This document shows positions 50,201-59,628 of a stretch of DNA of 64,000 nt, piece by piece; the stretch's first letter is position 1; every line of letters begins with the position of its first letter. The DNA comes from an uncultured Bacteroidales bacterium (lineage in GTDB: Bacteria > Bacteroidota > Bacteroidia > Bacteroidales > VadinHA17): NCBI GenBank assembly GCA_963791065.1, contig CAWBQN010000018.1, positions 391,917-455,916 on the forward strand. The letters run 5' to 3'. Position numbers and translations under genes: made by a program. The notes beneath the pieces are model-generated. The model had not been told where the DNA came from. It saw only the letters and a program-made list of their open reading frames with translations, and made no database searches.

Positions 50201-52215
50201 TTATTCCTGCAACTTCATCTTTTTCAGTTCTTGTGAATTCAGTAACGAGAGCAGTAAACACCGTTGCTATTTCAGGGACCAAAGTCCAGCTTACTCTGGC
50301 AAGTCCAGTCGTTAATGGAGATGTCGTTACCGTTTCTTACACCAAACCGGCAGTCAATCCATTACAGACAGCATCAGCCGGGATGGCGGCTTCTGTCAGT
50401 GCAAAGACAGTTACCAATGGTGTTGCGGCAGCTATACCGGTTTACGTCAGCTCAGCAATTGCCAGTGCGACACCTTCACTACTGGAGATGACTTATAATA
50501 TGTCTCTTGCTAATATTATTCCTGCAACCTCATCTTTTTCAGTTCTTGTGAATTCAGTAACGAGAGCAGTAAACAGCGTTGCTATTTCAGGGACCAAAGT
50601 CCAGCTTACTCTGGCAAGTCCTGTCGTTAACAGTAATGTTGTTACCATATCTTACACCAAACCGTCAGTCAATCCATTACAGACAGCATCAGCCGGGATG
50701 GCGGCTTCTGTCAGTGCAAAGACAGTTACCAATGGTGTTGCGGCAACAATACCGGTTTACGTAGCCTCAGGAATTGCCAGTGCGACACCTTCACTTCTGG
50801 AGATAACTTATAATTTGTCTCTTGCCAATATTGTTCCGGCAGCATCAGCTTTTTCTGTTCTGGTGAATTCAGTTGCACGGACAGTTAATACAATTGTTAT
50901 ATCAGGGTCAAAAGTACAACTGACCCTTGCTAGCCCGGTTGTTAATAGTGATGTAGTTACTGTATCATACACTAAACCAGCAGTAAATCCCTTGCAAACT
51001 CCTCCAGCAGGTATGGCAGCTTCGATAGGAACTCAGACCGTAACTGTTGGTGTTATCGCAGTTGTGCCTGTTTATGTCAGCTCAACAGTCGCAAATGCAA
51101 CACCATCGCTTTTGGAAATTAGTTATAATACGTCACTTGCCAATATTGTTCCTGCTCCTTCATCTTTTACTATTCTGGTGAATTCAGTTTCAAGGACAGT
51201 CAATCTGGTAGTAGTTACAGGGACCAAAGTTCAACTTTCCATGACAAACCCGATTGTCCCGGGTGATGTTATAACAGTCTCCTATGTTCAACCATCAACT
51301 AATCCATTACAGACTATAACAGGCGGAAAAGCTATAAGTGTAACTGGTAAATCTGTTATAAACAATTGCATAAATCTTGCTCCCACTGCTGTTATTACTT
51401 CGCCTGTTACAACTGGTTCATTTTCATCTCCTGCAAATATTACGATTACTGCCGATGCTTTCGATACAGACGGTACAGTCAGTCAGGTTGAATTTTATAA
51501 TGGAACTACCAAACTGGGTTCAAGCTTTGCAGCTCCATATTCATTTACCTGGAATAATGTGATCGCCGGAAATTACACATTGACTGTAGTTGCCACCGAT
51601 AATCTGAATGCGAAAACCACTTCATCTGCGATCTCAATTTCTGTAACTGTGAGCTACCATGCTTCAAACAGGCATCCATTTATTAAAATTTCAAATCCGC
51701 GAAAAGGAATCAGTTACGACAATATGTCTTCAATAGAAATAGATGCTATTGCATCTGATCCAGATGGCACAATAAGCTCGGTTGAGTTCTACAATGGAAC
51801 AGAAAAGCTTGTTGAGCTGACTTCTGCTCCTTATGCATACATATGGAAAGATGTCGTACCGGGAAGCTATTCGATCACGGCTATAGCAACTGATAATCTT
51901 GGTGATACGACTGCATCGGAACCGATTGAGTTTGTAGTGGGTTCGAGAGTAAAATATGATGCTAATTCTGAAATAATTAACCTGTATCCAAACCCAAGCG
52001 ATGGCCATTTTTCAATTGATTTTGTCAACCCGATACTAAGTGACAAAGGTGAAATAATTATAACAGATCTAGCAGGCAAACAGGTCTACAGAGGACCCAT
52101 TTTAAGGGAAGAACTCACCAAACAGTTTGATCTGTCAGACTTTAAATCCGGCATATACGTTATGATAGTTAAAGACAAAGATATCCTGGTCACTAAAAAG
52201 ATCCTTAAAAATTAA
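47221..52215 (+). CDS. Giant T9SS-secreted surface protein: right-handed beta-helix domain, 8 SwmB-like repeats, 2 Ig-like domains and a T9SS C-terminal sorting domain
   Basis: Signal peptide, then PbH1-type turns (NNTFINY, HDNVVTNC, YNNTLTG, IYGNNIYN, IKNNIVTG, IQNNIFYNN). Eight 105-aa repeats have the pattern PSLLEMTYN..L..I.PA.S.F.V.VN...R.V..V.ISGTKVQLTL.SPV..GDVVTVSY..P..NPLQ. Two FYNGT..L.....PY...W Ig-like domains follow. The C-terminus is INLYPNPSDGHFSIDF...GIYVMIVKDKDILVTKKILKN. Confidence 0.85.
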   Translation: MRYVLILVLLCCSLTLSGTTYYIDPSGNNSNNGSSGSPWQTLAYACSKVTVSGDIIHINAGTYTVSSQISVPVGVSIEGEGMAATTIISTVTGGSTLYLASSSENTNGNQHISGIYFNGNNRTTPLAIMVYARGNISIDNNTFINYDQYGVRFEGGAGGARSTSVKYSTGNSFHDNVVTNCAYYSSGIGGGAALMISCQTGFLCYNNTVTQSRTTYTNGCGIKTGGWTRGFKIYNNTLTGDINSDKGHADSWDFAIEMWGDVGSITEGTEIYGNNIYNWEIDISGRITQKGSYDYGCSIHDNFIGCVNVPAVPKIGIWLEANTSLDYILIYKNHIKNVSKGIGFYATNQTPLPLFYNNISIYYNLIDNCGYNTTGNDQARGIWWSQASGTTNTVNNLKIYNNVITARTAGAQEVGIELDCLAGVTATNFEIKNNIVTGFDDAAIFTGLSGTIDYLAIQNNIFYNNGQSNAPKINITPGHYTNSGNLTSDPLFVSTSDYHLQGTSPAINAGINITALAMTADYYGAAIGSPPEIGACEYGSTGTVPVVPVYVSSAVSNATPSILEMTYNSSLANIVPAASAFSVLVNSTARTVSTVTISGTKVQLSLSSPVISGDVVSVAYSSPSANPLQSSSAGIAASIIAKTVTNGVTATIPVYVSSAIASAAPSLLEMTYNTSLTNIIPATSSFSVLVNSVTRAINTVAISGTKVQLTLASPVVNGDVVTVSYTKPAVNPLQTASAGIAASVSAKTVTNGVSAAIPVYVSSAIASAAPSLLEMTYNTSLTNIIPATSSFSVLVNSVTRAVNTVAISGTKVQLTLASPVVNGDVVTVSYTKPAVNPLQTASAGIAASVSAKTVTNGVSAAIPVYVSSAIASATPSLLEMTYNTSLTNIVPATSSFSVLVNSVTRAVNSVAISGTKVQLTLASPVVNGDVVTVSYTKPAVNPLQTASAGIAASVSAKTVTNGVSAAIPVYVSSAIASAAPSLLEMTYNTSLTNIIPATSSFSVLVNSVTRAVNTVAISGTKVQLTLASPVVNGDVVTVSYTKPAVNPLQTASAGMAASVSAKTVTNGVAAAIPVYVSSAIASATPSLLEMTYNMSLANIIPATSSFSVLVNSVTRAVNSVAISGTKVQLTLASPVVNSNVVTISYTKPSVNPLQTASAGMAASVSAKTVTNGVAATIPVYVASGIASATPSLLEITYNLSLANIVPAASAFSVLVNSVARTVNTIVISGSKVQLTLASPVVNSDVVTVSYTKPAVNPLQTPPAGMAASIGTQTVTVGVIAVVPVYVSSTVANATPSLLEISYNTSLANIVPAPSSFTILVNSVSRTVNLVVVTGTKVQLSMTNPIVPGDVITVSYVQPSTNPLQTITGGKAISVTGKSVINNCINLAPTAVITSPVTTGSFSSPANITITADAFDTDGTVSQVEFYNGTTKLGSSFAAPYSFTWNNVIAGNYTLTVVATDNLNAKTTSSAISISVTVSYHASNRHPFIKISNPRKGISYDNMSSIEIDAIASDPDGTISSVEFYNGTEKLVELTSAPYAYIWKDVVPGSYSITAIATDNLGDTTASEPIEFVVGSRVKYDANSEIINLYPNPSDGHFSIDFVNPILSDKGEIIITDLAGKQVYRGPILREELTKQFDLSDFKSGIYVMIVKDKDILVTKKILKN
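48859..51378 (+). repeat. Tandem array of 8 x 315 bp, in frame inside the T9SS protein gene
   Basis: Unit starts are at 48859, 49174, 49489, 49804, 50119, 50434, 50749 and 51064. Units 2 and 3 differ at 8 of 315 positions by hand alignment. The outer units are much more diverged. Confidence 0.9.
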
Positions 52216-52296
52216 TTGATGTCAAAGTACCTGGAACTATTATTATTATGGTATTAACCTGATCCATATATTCTGCAATCCTTCCTGTAAATGAAA

Positions 52297-52331
52297 GTCC
52301 CTTGAGATATAAATATCCAAGGGACTTTTTT
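52297..52331 (+). terminator. Intrinsic terminator after the T9SS protein gene
   Basis: Stem gtcccttg (52297-52304) pairs with caagggac (52318-52325) around a 13-nt loop, followed by T6 (52326-52331). Confidence 0.65.
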
Positions 52332-52453
52332 CGTTCTTTGCCTGGCTTAATTCCCCTGTTCTGTTCCGGAGAGTTCCTTGTGTGCCAGAAAATTATTAAT
52401 TTGCCGTCAGGCTGTAATTAATAAGTCTTCAGAATATAATATATTATATCATT

Positions 52454-53419
52454 ATGACTTTGTTAGGGATCGATCTCGGAGGCACAAAACTTGCGCTTGC
52501 TATCTTTTCTGAAGAAGGGAAGATAATGTTTAAAGAGGTATTTGCCATTGGGGACAGGAAAGGATCAGATGTAGGTAAATTCATCACTGATAATACACTT
52601 AAATTTTTGCAGTATGCTGAAATGCAGGGTACTCATATAGATTCTGTCGGGATTTCTGTGCCGGGCATAAGTCATATAAGCACCGGTACTGTATGGACTC
52701 CAAATATCGCGGATTGGACTGATTACCCCTTACTTCAGGAAATGAAAAAAATTATCAATATCCCTGTTACAATCGACAGCGACAGGGCCTGTTATATCCT
52801 GGGAGAGTCGTGGAAAGGGAATGCTATTGGATGTCGTGATGCAATATTCTTATCAGTAGGAACAGGTATTGGCGCCGGGATAATGATAAATGGAGAAATA
52901 TTACGGGGAAGTCATGATGTTGCTGGTTGCATAGGCTGGATGGCGCTTAAGGGACCTTTTGAGAAGAAATACATCAGTTGCGGGTGTTTTGAATATTATG
53001 CATCAGGTGAGGGGATTGCAAGGCTGGCCAGGGAAATTCTGGATGATCAGAAAGATTATAAGGGTGAGTTGGCAAGTAAACCGATTGATAAGATCACCTC
53101 ATATGATATATTTGATGCTTATGGCAATGAAGATCCTGTTGCAGTAAAAGTGATCGGATCATGTGTGGAATTCTGGGGAATGGCAGTAGCAAATCTGGTA
53201 AGCTTGTTCAATCCTGAAAAAATAATAATCGGAGGCGGTGTATTTGGTCCGGCAAAATCATTAATTCCTGCTATTAAAAATGAAGCTGCCAGATGGGCAC
53301 AGCCTATTAGTATTGGTCAGGTCAGCGTAGAAGCATCTGGATTAGCAGGTGATGCCGGAGTCTATGGCGCAGCATATCTTGCATATAAAAATCTGCCCGA
53401 TTTTCATCAGTCAAAATGA
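52454..53419 (+). CDS. ROK-family sugar kinase
   Basis: MTLLGIDLGGTKLALAIF ATP-binding N-terminus, the GTGIGAGIMING motif and a Cys-rich zinc region (GCIGW...CGCFEYYASG). Confidence 0.8.
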   Translation: MTLLGIDLGGTKLALAIFSEEGKIMFKEVFAIGDRKGSDVGKFITDNTLKFLQYAEMQGTHIDSVGISVPGISHISTGTVWTPNIADWTDYPLLQEMKKIINIPVTIDSDRACYILGESWKGNAIGCRDAIFLSVGTGIGAGIMINGEILRGSHDVAGCIGWMALKGPFEKKYISCGCFEYYASGEGIARLAREILDDQKDYKGELASKPIDKITSYDIFDAYGNEDPVAVKVIGSCVEFWGMAVANLVSLFNPEKIIIGGGVFGPAKSLIPAIKNEAARWAQPISIGQVSVEASGLAGDAGVYGAAYLAYKNLPDFHQSK

Positions 53420-54579
53420 GTACTATGTATAAGAAAAAACCAGTTTATTGGGCAGCCTGCGCTGGAATGCTATTATTTGGAATTTGCCTTATAACATTGG
53501 GCTCTGTAGCTGCAGATCTCAGAGAAAAGCTGCAGCTCGACGAAATTTCAGCAGGAGCATTATTTTCAATTTTGCCTCTTGGGATCCTGGCCGGTTCTTT
53601 GGTTTTCGGACCTGTTGCTGATAAGTTCGGCTATAGGATCCTTTTATCTGTGTGCTGCGTTTTCATGTTTGCCGGATTTGAAGGTATTGCCTTTGCTCCA
53701 TCAACGAACCTGCTGAAAATCTTTATTTTCCTTTTTGGAATTGGCGGCGGTGCAATAAATGGTTCCACAAATGCACTTGTGGCAGACATAAGCGAAAAAG
53801 ACAAAGGCGCCAATTTAAGCTTGCTGGGAGTATTCTTTGGAATTGGGGCTCTGGGAATGCCGCTCATCTCAGGAATCCTTGACAGGTGGTTTGGTTTTGA
53901 AGAAATTTTATCTTCCGTTGGTATTTTGACACTGCTGGCAGGGATAGTTTTCCTGTTAATAAGGTTTCCCGCGCCAAAACAGCAACAAGGATTCCCTCTG
54001 AAGCAATCAGTAAAACTTATAAAAGACAAAGTATTGCTGCTGATTGCATTTTTCCTCTTTTTCCAGAGCGGATTCGAAGCAATTATAAATAACTGGACCA
54101 CTACTTACCTTATTAATCAGCATTCAATACAAGCAAATAATGCATTATTCGGTCTTTCATCATTTGTCGCCGGTATGATCATAATGCGGCTGCTTTACAG
54201 CAGCGCCTTACGATCTGTCTCAGAAAGAAAACTATTGATTTCCTCATTCGTTATGATTCTGCTTGGTTTGACATTATTAAAAACCGCTGATTCATTTATT
54301 CTTTCAATATCAGGGTTAGTGCTTACGGGAGCAGGGTTAGCCAGTGGCTTCCCGGTTATGCTGGGATTTGCAGGGGACCGCTATCCTGAAATTTCAGGGA
54401 CTGCTTTCAGCCTTGTCCTGTCCATTGCATTAATCGGGAACACTCTCATTAATTATTTTATGGGACTGATTGCGCAGAGTTTTGGTGTACGTCATTTGAT
54501 TACTTTTGCGTTTGCAGAAACAATTGTGATGATTGTATTATTTATGCTCGTTATTAATAAGATTAAAGCAAAAAAATAG
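53416..54579 (+). CDS. MFS transporter
   Basis: 387-aa ORF with about 12 predicted TM helices and an MFS-like loop (GPVADKFGYR). ATG 53416 overlaps the ROK TGA (ATGA). Confidence 0.75.
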   Translation: MSTMYKKKPVYWAACAGMLLFGICLITLGSVAADLREKLQLDEISAGALFSILPLGILAGSLVFGPVADKFGYRILLSVCCVFMFAGFEGIAFAPSTNLLKIFIFLFGIGGGAINGSTNALVADISEKDKGANLSLLGVFFGIGALGMPLISGILDRWFGFEEILSSVGILTLLAGIVFLLIRFPAPKQQQGFPLKQSVKLIKDKVLLLIAFFLFFQSGFEAIINNWTTTYLINQHSIQANNALFGLSSFVAGMIIMRLLYSSALRSVSERKLLISSFVMILLGLTLLKTADSFILSISGLVLTGAGLASGFPVMLGFAGDRYPEISGTAFSLVLSIALIGNTLINYFMGLIAQSFGVRHLITFAFAETIVMIVLFMLVINKIKAKK

Positions 54580-54620
54580 ATTTTTATTTTAATGAATAAC
54601 AACTTTAAAAACAACCTGTT

Positions 54621-55382
54621 ATGTTAGCAAAAGAATGGCTTGAAAACACCCGCGATATAATGACTCGCATTGAGGAGACTCAGATGGATAATATCCGCAG
54701 AGCCGCTGAGGTAATGGCTGACACCATTGAAGGCAAGCACTGGGTCCATACATTTGGATGTGGCCATGCCACTTTACCCATAGAGGAAATGTATCCGCGC
54801 ATTGGCGGGTTTGTAGGATTTCATCCGATTATTGAAATCCCGCTTACTTTCTTCACCCATATTACCGGTGAGATGGGGATCCATCAGTTTTTATTTCTTG
54901 AAAGAGTTGAAGGATATGGTGTTGAGATAATGAAAGGCTATAATTTTGATAAAAACGATGCAATGTGGCTTTTTTCTCATACCGGAATTAATAATGTAAA
55001 TATCGACATAGCTATCGAGGCTAAAAAAAGGGGTATGAAGGTTATCGTATTCGGCTCAGCTTCTGAAGCTAAAGGTAAACAGACGAGACACTCCTGCGGA
55101 AAAACAATTTTTGACCTTGCAGACATTGTTGTCGATACGTGCGCCCCTTTGCAGGATGCTTCGGTTACTCTTAAGAATCACCAGGATAAAATCGGGCCTG
55201 TTTCCACCATGGCATTCATAACCTGCGTATGGATGACAATAACTACCGTTGCTGAAATTTTAGCAGACAGGGGTGTTGAACTTTATATACACCCGTCTCA
55301 TAATGTGCCCGGAGATAATACCTCCAGGCAACGTCTTGACAAGGCACTTGACGAGTACAAGAAAAGGGTTGCCGGGGTCTGA
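54621..55382 (+). CDS. SIS (sugar isomerase) domain protein
   Basis: 253-aa ORF with the HTFGCGHA, FSHTGINNVNIDIAIEAKKRGMKVIVFGS nucleotide/sugar-phosphate binding pattern of SIS-fold proteins. Confidence 0.6.
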   Translation: MLAKEWLENTRDIMTRIEETQMDNIRRAAEVMADTIEGKHWVHTFGCGHATLPIEEMYPRIGGFVGFHPIIEIPLTFFTHITGEMGIHQFLFLERVEGYGVEIMKGYNFDKNDAMWLFSHTGINNVNIDIAIEAKKRGMKVIVFGSASEAKGKQTRHSCGKTIFDLADIVVDTCAPLQDASVTLKNHQDKIGPVSTMAFITCVWMTITTVAEILADRGVELYIHPSHNVPGDNTSRQRLDKALDEYKKRVAGV

Positions 55383-55395
55383 TATAAGGATTATT

Positions 55396-57807
55396 TCATT
55401 TTAGATATTTCTCAAAAAACTGGTCCTCTTCCCATAGCAGGTGCAAAATATTCTCTTTGGCAACATATCCATGGGCCTCTTTTGGCAGCAGTACCATCCT
55501 GACAGGAGCTCCTAATCCTTTTAATGCCTGGAAGTACCGTTCTGTCTGGAGGGTAAATGTGCCGGGATTATTATCCGCGTCACCATGAACCAGAAGAAGT
55601 GGAGTTTTCATTTTTTCAGCATTCATGAATGGCGACATTGTATTGTAAACATCCGGAGCGTCCCAGTAGTTTCTTTGCTCACTCTGAAAACCAAATGGGG
55701 TCAGAGTCCTGTTATATGCCCCGCTCCGCGCAATTCCACAGGCAAAAAGTTTTGAGTGAGTCAGAAGGTTAGCTGTCATGAAAGCTCCATAGGAATGTCC
55801 TCCGACTGCAACTTTTTTAGGGTCGATATACCCCAGTTTATTAACTGCATCGATTGCTGCTTCAGCACTTGAAACCAACTGATCAATAAATGTATCATTG
55901 GGCTCAGCACTACCTTCACCCACAATCGGAAAAGAGGCGTTATCCAAAACAACATAGCCTTTTGTTACCCAGTAGACAAATGAACCATAGTTGGGATAAG
56001 TAAACTGGTTGGGATTCTGATCGCTTTGACCGGCACTGCTTTTGTCTTTATACTCAACAGGATATGCCCATATCAGCAAAGGCAATTTTACTTTCTTCGT
56101 TGTATCATAACCTATAGGCAAGTACAAAGTTCCGGAAAGCTCAACACCATCCTTCCTGTTATATTTAATCACTTCCTTATGAACATTTTTTATGCTTTCA
56201 AAAGGATTTTTAAAATAGGTTATTTGATTTAGTTTTCCTTTGGACTTTATATTTCTGATATAATAATTCGGAAACTCATTCTTTGATTGAATCTGCACCA
56301 GGACATCACCTTTTTTAATATCTTCAATCGAGATCAAGTCTTCCATTTTATCCTTGTATTCAGATTGATACAGACGCTTTGCTTTCAAAGATGACAGATT
56401 AATTTCGTCAATAAACGGGAATTGACCCTCTTTTGAGTAGCCATCTCCTATTAAATAGGCATTATCATTTTCAATCAGGAGAAGATATCTGCCGTTCTGG
56501 TTCTTTTTAGTTTCAAACCTGCCAGGATCCGAGTATATATCCTGGAAATTGCGATCATACATTATTTTAGGTTTCTCATTAGATGCAGAAGGATCAATAA
56601 GATAGGTTTTTAAATTTCGTGTATCATACCACTGGTCATAACCAACTGCAAATTTATCGTTGCCCCAGATAATTCCTGCAAACCTTTGCTGAGTTTTAAA
56701 CAGTGATATCGCGTCAGTAGTAAAAGGTGCATTCCACAGGAATAATTCATCTCTGAATTCTGCTTTGTTCGCCTTATCTCCTTCGTCAAGGGCAACTACG
56801 TAGTATAGCGTAGAAGGTTTATCATCTCTCCAGTTCATATCTCTTTTCCCCTTTGGAGCGGAATCGAATCCTTTAGGTATGTTTTCTATCAAAGGGACCT
56901 CGTTTACCACTTTTATCTCATTTCCTTTAATATCATAAACTATTGACGTCTGTGGAAAGCGATAAAAAGGCACGACGTATGAGAATGGCTTTTTAATTGT
57001 CGTTACTAAAACATAATTGCCGTCAGGGGAAATACTCACTTCGGCATACATCGCAGCTGGTTTAAACGCTTCTGAATTACCTGTAATTGAGATTTTATAC
57101 AGATCAGATGTAGCTAAGGTCTCAAAATTCTGTTCATCGGCTTTATTTTTTAACAGATCCTGGAATGTCGGGTTCTGTGACGTTGAACCATCGCTTGTTG
57201 ACACTGTGGGCCCTTTGGGTAAATCTTTCTTTGTATCTATAAGGGCAGACCTGTTCTTGGGCAATAAACTTACAAGCATGTTTTCATTATCGTGTAACCA
57301 GCTGACAGGATTACCCATATTTGCGTTTAGAATTGCCTCGGTCAGCCTTGTTGCCTGGGCAGTTTCAACATCAATAACCCAAAGTTCAACACCTTTGTCA
57401 GTTGTATTTGTGAATGCAATCTTCTTTTCATTTGGCGACATCGACAGATAGCTTATCCTGGGATTCTGCGGTAATCCTTTTACCTGAGTTTCAACCTGAT
57501 CTGAGATTTTCCGGATCTTTAAATTATTGATAAAGGTTATTGTGCTGGACATGTTGGTGACAGGATTGATACGCAGGCCAGCCAAACGCATTTCATCCTG
57601 ATATAAGTCGCTGAGTGATTTGTACGTATTGCGGTAGCTCAAAAGCATAAATTCCTTTTTTGAATCCATAGTTACCGAAGGAGCTCTCTCATAATCAGCT
57701 AAGGCCAGTATTTCGGCAGATGGTTTCTGAAAGGTCAGGTTCTCCTGTGCTTTGGTGAACACGTTCAGGGAAAGAAGTGTGATCAGAATCAAAATCGTCT
57801 TCTTCAT
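55396..57807 (-). CDS. S9-family serine peptidase (prolyl oligopeptidase/dipeptidyl peptidase fold) with N-terminal beta-propeller
   Basis: 803-aa secreted ORF with nucleophile elbow GGHSYGAFM, then the Asp motif VHGDADNN and the His motif EAHGY. Confidence 0.8.
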   Translation of the reverse strand: MKKTILILITLLSLNVFTKAQENLTFQKPSAEILALADYERAPSVTMDSKKEFMLLSYRNTYKSLSDLYQDEMRLAGLRINPVTNMSSTITFINNLKIRKISDQVETQVKGLPQNPRISYLSMSPNEKKIAFTNTTDKGVELWVIDVETAQATRLTEAILNANMGNPVSWLHDNENMLVSLLPKNRSALIDTKKDLPKGPTVSTSDGSTSQNPTFQDLLKNKADEQNFETLATSDLYKISITGNSEAFKPAAMYAEVSISPDGNYVLVTTIKKPFSYVVPFYRFPQTSIVYDIKGNEIKVVNEVPLIENIPKGFDSAPKGKRDMNWRDDKPSTLYYVVALDEGDKANKAEFRDELFLWNAPFTTDAISLFKTQQRFAGIIWGNDKFAVGYDQWYDTRNLKTYLIDPSASNEKPKIMYDRNFQDIYSDPGRFETKKNQNGRYLLLIENDNAYLIGDGYSKEGQFPFIDEINLSSLKAKRLYQSEYKDKMEDLISIEDIKKGDVLVQIQSKNEFPNYYIRNIKSKGKLNQITYFKNPFESIKNVHKEVIKYNRKDGVELSGTLYLPIGYDTTKKVKLPLLIWAYPVEYKDKSSAGQSDQNPNQFTYPNYGSFVYWVTKGYVVLDNASFPIVGEGSAEPNDTFIDQLVSSAEAAIDAVNKLGYIDPKKVAVGGHSYGAFMTANLLTHSKLFACGIARSGAYNRTLTPFGFQSEQRNYWDAPDVYNTMSPFMNAEKMKTPLLLVHGDADNNPGTFTLQTERYFQALKGLGAPVRMVLLPKEAHGYVAKENILHLLWEEDQFFEKYLK

Positions 57808-57936
57808 GATTTCAAAGATTTAGTGTTTTAAGATTATTAAATTTAAGTTTTATAATATAATTATCATAACAAAAACTCTGTTTAACTTCGTTCAGATGAA
57901 AGAAAATAGAAAGTATTAAAATAAATCAGATCCCTT

Positions 57937-59577
57937 ATGATCAGAAAATTAATTATTACAGGAACATATTTATTCCTTTCCATTCAACTTTTTTCGCAGG
58001 AGAAGGAAATACTGATCTATCATCCGATACAAACCGATAAAAGCGGAAAGATCATTCCGTGGTATGACGAAAATCCTGGCAAGTCCTATGGTCATGTGAT
58101 CAATCTTGTCTGGAATTTCTGGGATCGTATGAGACAGGACATGAACGGACTTCCATATTACATGAACCATCAGGTATGGAACGCGAACTTTGATGACCCT
58201 CGGGGAATAGGCGGGGACCAGTTTGCTATGGCACTTTCCTCCTGGACCATGTATTATCAATATAGCGGGAGTGAGCGGGTCAAAGCCAATATGTGCTTTA
58301 TTGCTGACTATTATCTTTCACATGGTCTTTCAGTTCCAGGTGCCAAATGGCCTGATATCCCTTTTCCGTACAATACTTATATATATTCGGGATCATATGA
58401 TGGTGATATGCGCAATGGCAGAAATGTAGCGCAACCTGATAAGGCCGGTTCATTCGGTTTGGAACTTATCCATCTTTATAAAATGAGCTCAGGATATAAC
58501 GTAGGAGAAAACAGGAATTACCTCGATGCTGCAGTCAAAATAGCAAACACACTTGCTGAACATATGAAAGAGGGGAATCTTAATTACTCTCCCCTGCCAT
58601 ATAAAGTCAATGTACTGACCGGCGAGACAATGTTACTGCGAAATCACGATTTTACAGGGACATGGATAGACACTGCTGGTTATACCAGCAACTGGACACC
58701 TACAATGCAACTGTTTTTCGATCTTATCGAGCTTAAAGCAGGAAATACGGGATTATACCAAACCGGATTTAATACACTGCTTGGCTGGATGAAGAAATAC
58801 CCAATGAAAGAAAATAAATGGGGCCCATTTTTTGAAGATGTTGACTGGTGGAGTGAAACACAGATTAACGCAATGACATTCGCCCGTTTTATTATGAAAC
58901 ACAGGGAATATTTTCCTGAATGGAAGACGGATGTTCAGAAGATCATAGCATGGGTACACAAAAACTTTGCAAATGATAAGTGGGCGAAATATGGAGTTAC
59001 AGTCACCAATGAACAGACTGTGTATCAGATGCCCGGAAACAGCCATTCCTCGCGGCAGGCAGCAGATGAACTACTTTATGTAAGTTTGACCGGCGACAGC
59101 AGTTTGTACCAAAATGCTGTCCGTGAGTTAAACTGGGCTACTTATATGGTGGATTTTGACGGGAAGAACAGATACCCAGGTGACGAACCCTGGCTTACCG
59201 ATGGATACGGTGATTATATAAGACATTTCCTCAGAGCAATGGATGAAATACCTTCACTGGCACCTCCTGACGAAGATCATATACTTTCCTCAACATCGGT
59301 TATACAACAGGCAGATTATGAAGGGAATCTGAAAAAGTTTTACGGACTCAGCTTTGAAGATGCTGACAGCAGCAAGGTTAAATTATTTTACAGAACCTTC
59401 GATCAGGCAGGAAGTGAAAGAATAAGGCTGAATAAAAGACCATCATCAGTATTACTGGATTCCAAACCGATGCTTGAAAACAAAGCCGGTGAAGGATTTG
59501 AGTGGAAGCCAATGCAAGGGGGAGGACTGCTTATCATCAGGCGGGAGAATGGCAATAAAGTTATTTTGCTGAAGTAG
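57937..59577 (+). CDS. Secreted hypothetical protein (546 aa), possibly glycoside-hydrolase-like
   Basis: Long ORF with a signal peptide and aromatic-rich composition. No motif I can name. Confidence 0.45.
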   Translation: MIRKLIITGTYLFLSIQLFSQEKEILIYHPIQTDKSGKIIPWYDENPGKSYGHVINLVWNFWDRMRQDMNGLPYYMNHQVWNANFDDPRGIGGDQFAMALSSWTMYYQYSGSERVKANMCFIADYYLSHGLSVPGAKWPDIPFPYNTYIYSGSYDGDMRNGRNVAQPDKAGSFGLELIHLYKMSSGYNVGENRNYLDAAVKIANTLAEHMKEGNLNYSPLPYKVNVLTGETMLLRNHDFTGTWIDTAGYTSNWTPTMQLFFDLIELKAGNTGLYQTGFNTLLGWMKKYPMKENKWGPFFEDVDWWSETQINAMTFARFIMKHREYFPEWKTDVQKIIAWVHKNFANDKWAKYGVTVTNEQTVYQMPGNSHSSRQAADELLYVSLTGDSSLYQNAVRELNWATYMVDFDGKNRYPGDEPWLTDGYGDYIRHFLRAMDEIPSLAPPDEDHILSSTSVIQQADYEGNLKKFYGLSFEDADSSKVKLFYRTFDQAGSERIRLNKRPSSVLLDSKPMLENKAGEGFEWKPMQGGGLLIIRRENGNKVILLK

Positions 59578-59628
59578 TGATTATTAATGTTAAATGTTTC
59601 AATAATGCGATTAAATGAAAGACGTAAA

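Noticed and set aside
48859-51378. Regular 315-bp periodic repeats that might at first glance suggest a CRISPR array or satellite DNA
   Set aside because: The units are contiguous without spacers, far longer than CRISPR repeats, and lie in frame inside one 4995-nt ORF. They encode a 105-aa protein domain.
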